Shown here: positions 22,256-23,191 of the stretch, piece by piece
Layout: every line of letters begins with the position of its first letter
How positions within the stretch are numbered: position 1 is the first letter of the stretch
Translations under genes and position numbers: made by a program
Notes under the pieces: model-generated
The model's input: only the letters and a program-made list of their open reading frames with translations
What the model was told of the DNA's origin: nothing
Databases searched by the model: none
Origin: Catajapyx aquilonaris
Lineage: Eukaryota
Direction of reading: 5' to 3'
DNA length: 23,191 nucleotides
Assembly: GCA_000934665.2 (NCBI GenBank)
Contig: KZ538310.1
Span: forward strand, 62,001 to 85,191

Positions 22256-22872
22256 GGAAGGAGACATCCAACTGTGTACCTTTTACAAAACAGGGATAAT
22301 TTGTTGTGTCTGGCCTTGGGGAATCTGCACAAGTTGGCCACCAACGCAATTTGCTTGTACAGAAGTGTCTTGCTGAAAGTTGAACTTATTGATGGATTAT
22401 TATTCTTCTCAGTAGCTTTCTTGCATGATCATCTATGTGTTGTTTTCCTGGTACAAAGCAGATTTCTAAGTGTTGGCAAACTTGGAAGTTGTGATGGCAT
22501 GCAATGTGAGTTACCTGAAGCATATTCTCAGATGCCATGCTGATTTGCTGGGTCTTGAATTATTTGTATTTTGGGAGGTTATTCTGTTTGCCAGCTGGGT
22601 TTGATTTGTGATGTACCTGTCTGCTTGAACAGATTTTCACTCAAGGTGAGTGAAAATTCTAGTGGGAAATGCACTTGGTACACTGCAATGCAGGATTGTT
22701 TTTTGTCTAAGGCACTGTGTGCACCAAATTTACAAGTGTCGGACGCTTCTATCATGTGACTATTTGTTGAGCAAGTCAAGAGGGCGAGAAATAATGTGTA
22801 ATTCTGCCTGCAGCTTCGATTTTTGTGTAGATATTTGGAAATAACAGTGTAATCTAAAAGAAATGAGGAAAT

Positions 22873-22878
22873 AATAAA
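22873..22878 (+). terminator. Candidate polyadenylation signal for COPS3 (alternative AATAAA at 23167-23172)
   Basis: Canonical AATAAA ~620 nt after the stop, following a TG-rich, CpG-poor, 3'UTR-like sequence. Confidence 0.45.
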
Positions 22879-23191
22879 ACGTAACTACCTTGCATCATTG
22901 AGGTACCATAAGAGGGGGTGTTATTTCAGTATGGGCAGGCTATTTTGCACAGGTGGGGAAAAAACATTTTCACAGGCGATTATAATACTTGCCCTGATCT
23001 GAAAATATTGGGACACCCCCAAAAAATGGAGTGGTGGGGTTATACACAGGATGTGATAAAAAGTTTCCATTAAGATTATCTGAACTTTAGAATTGATAAT
23101 TATGAATAGTAACAATTGAGCTAGGAGGATACCAAATTTGAAGTTAATTTGACAGTTAACAACTGAAATAAATACGATTATACCTTGGACA

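Overview
This is eukaryotic, probably invertebrate/arthropod, genomic DNA. The right third holds a complete 8-exon COPS3 (CSN3) gene on the + strand (17222-22255, 431 aa). Its introns carry four small palindromic transposon relics: Tc1/mariner-type, PIF/Harbinger-type and hAT-type MITEs, plus one 68-bp hairpin. Two tRNA-derived SINEs with target-site duplications lie at 6603-6946 (-) and 16561-16815 (+). The main discovery is at the left end (~1-5250, - strand): a heavily decayed, intronless, two-ORF relic. Its downstream part contains eroded versions of the totivirus-type (Ghabrivirales) dsRNA-virus RdRp motifs in the correct order and at plausible spacing, spread over several frameshifts so the ORF track does not show them. 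Upstream lies a ~550-codon nearly open frame in the capsid position, so this is a probable near-genome-length endogenous toti-like virus. A CpG-depleted block (~12500-15900) with strong minus-strand splice signals suggests an unannotated spliced transcript diverging from the COPS3 promoter. All calls come from reading by eye and recalled consensus sequences; no searches were run.
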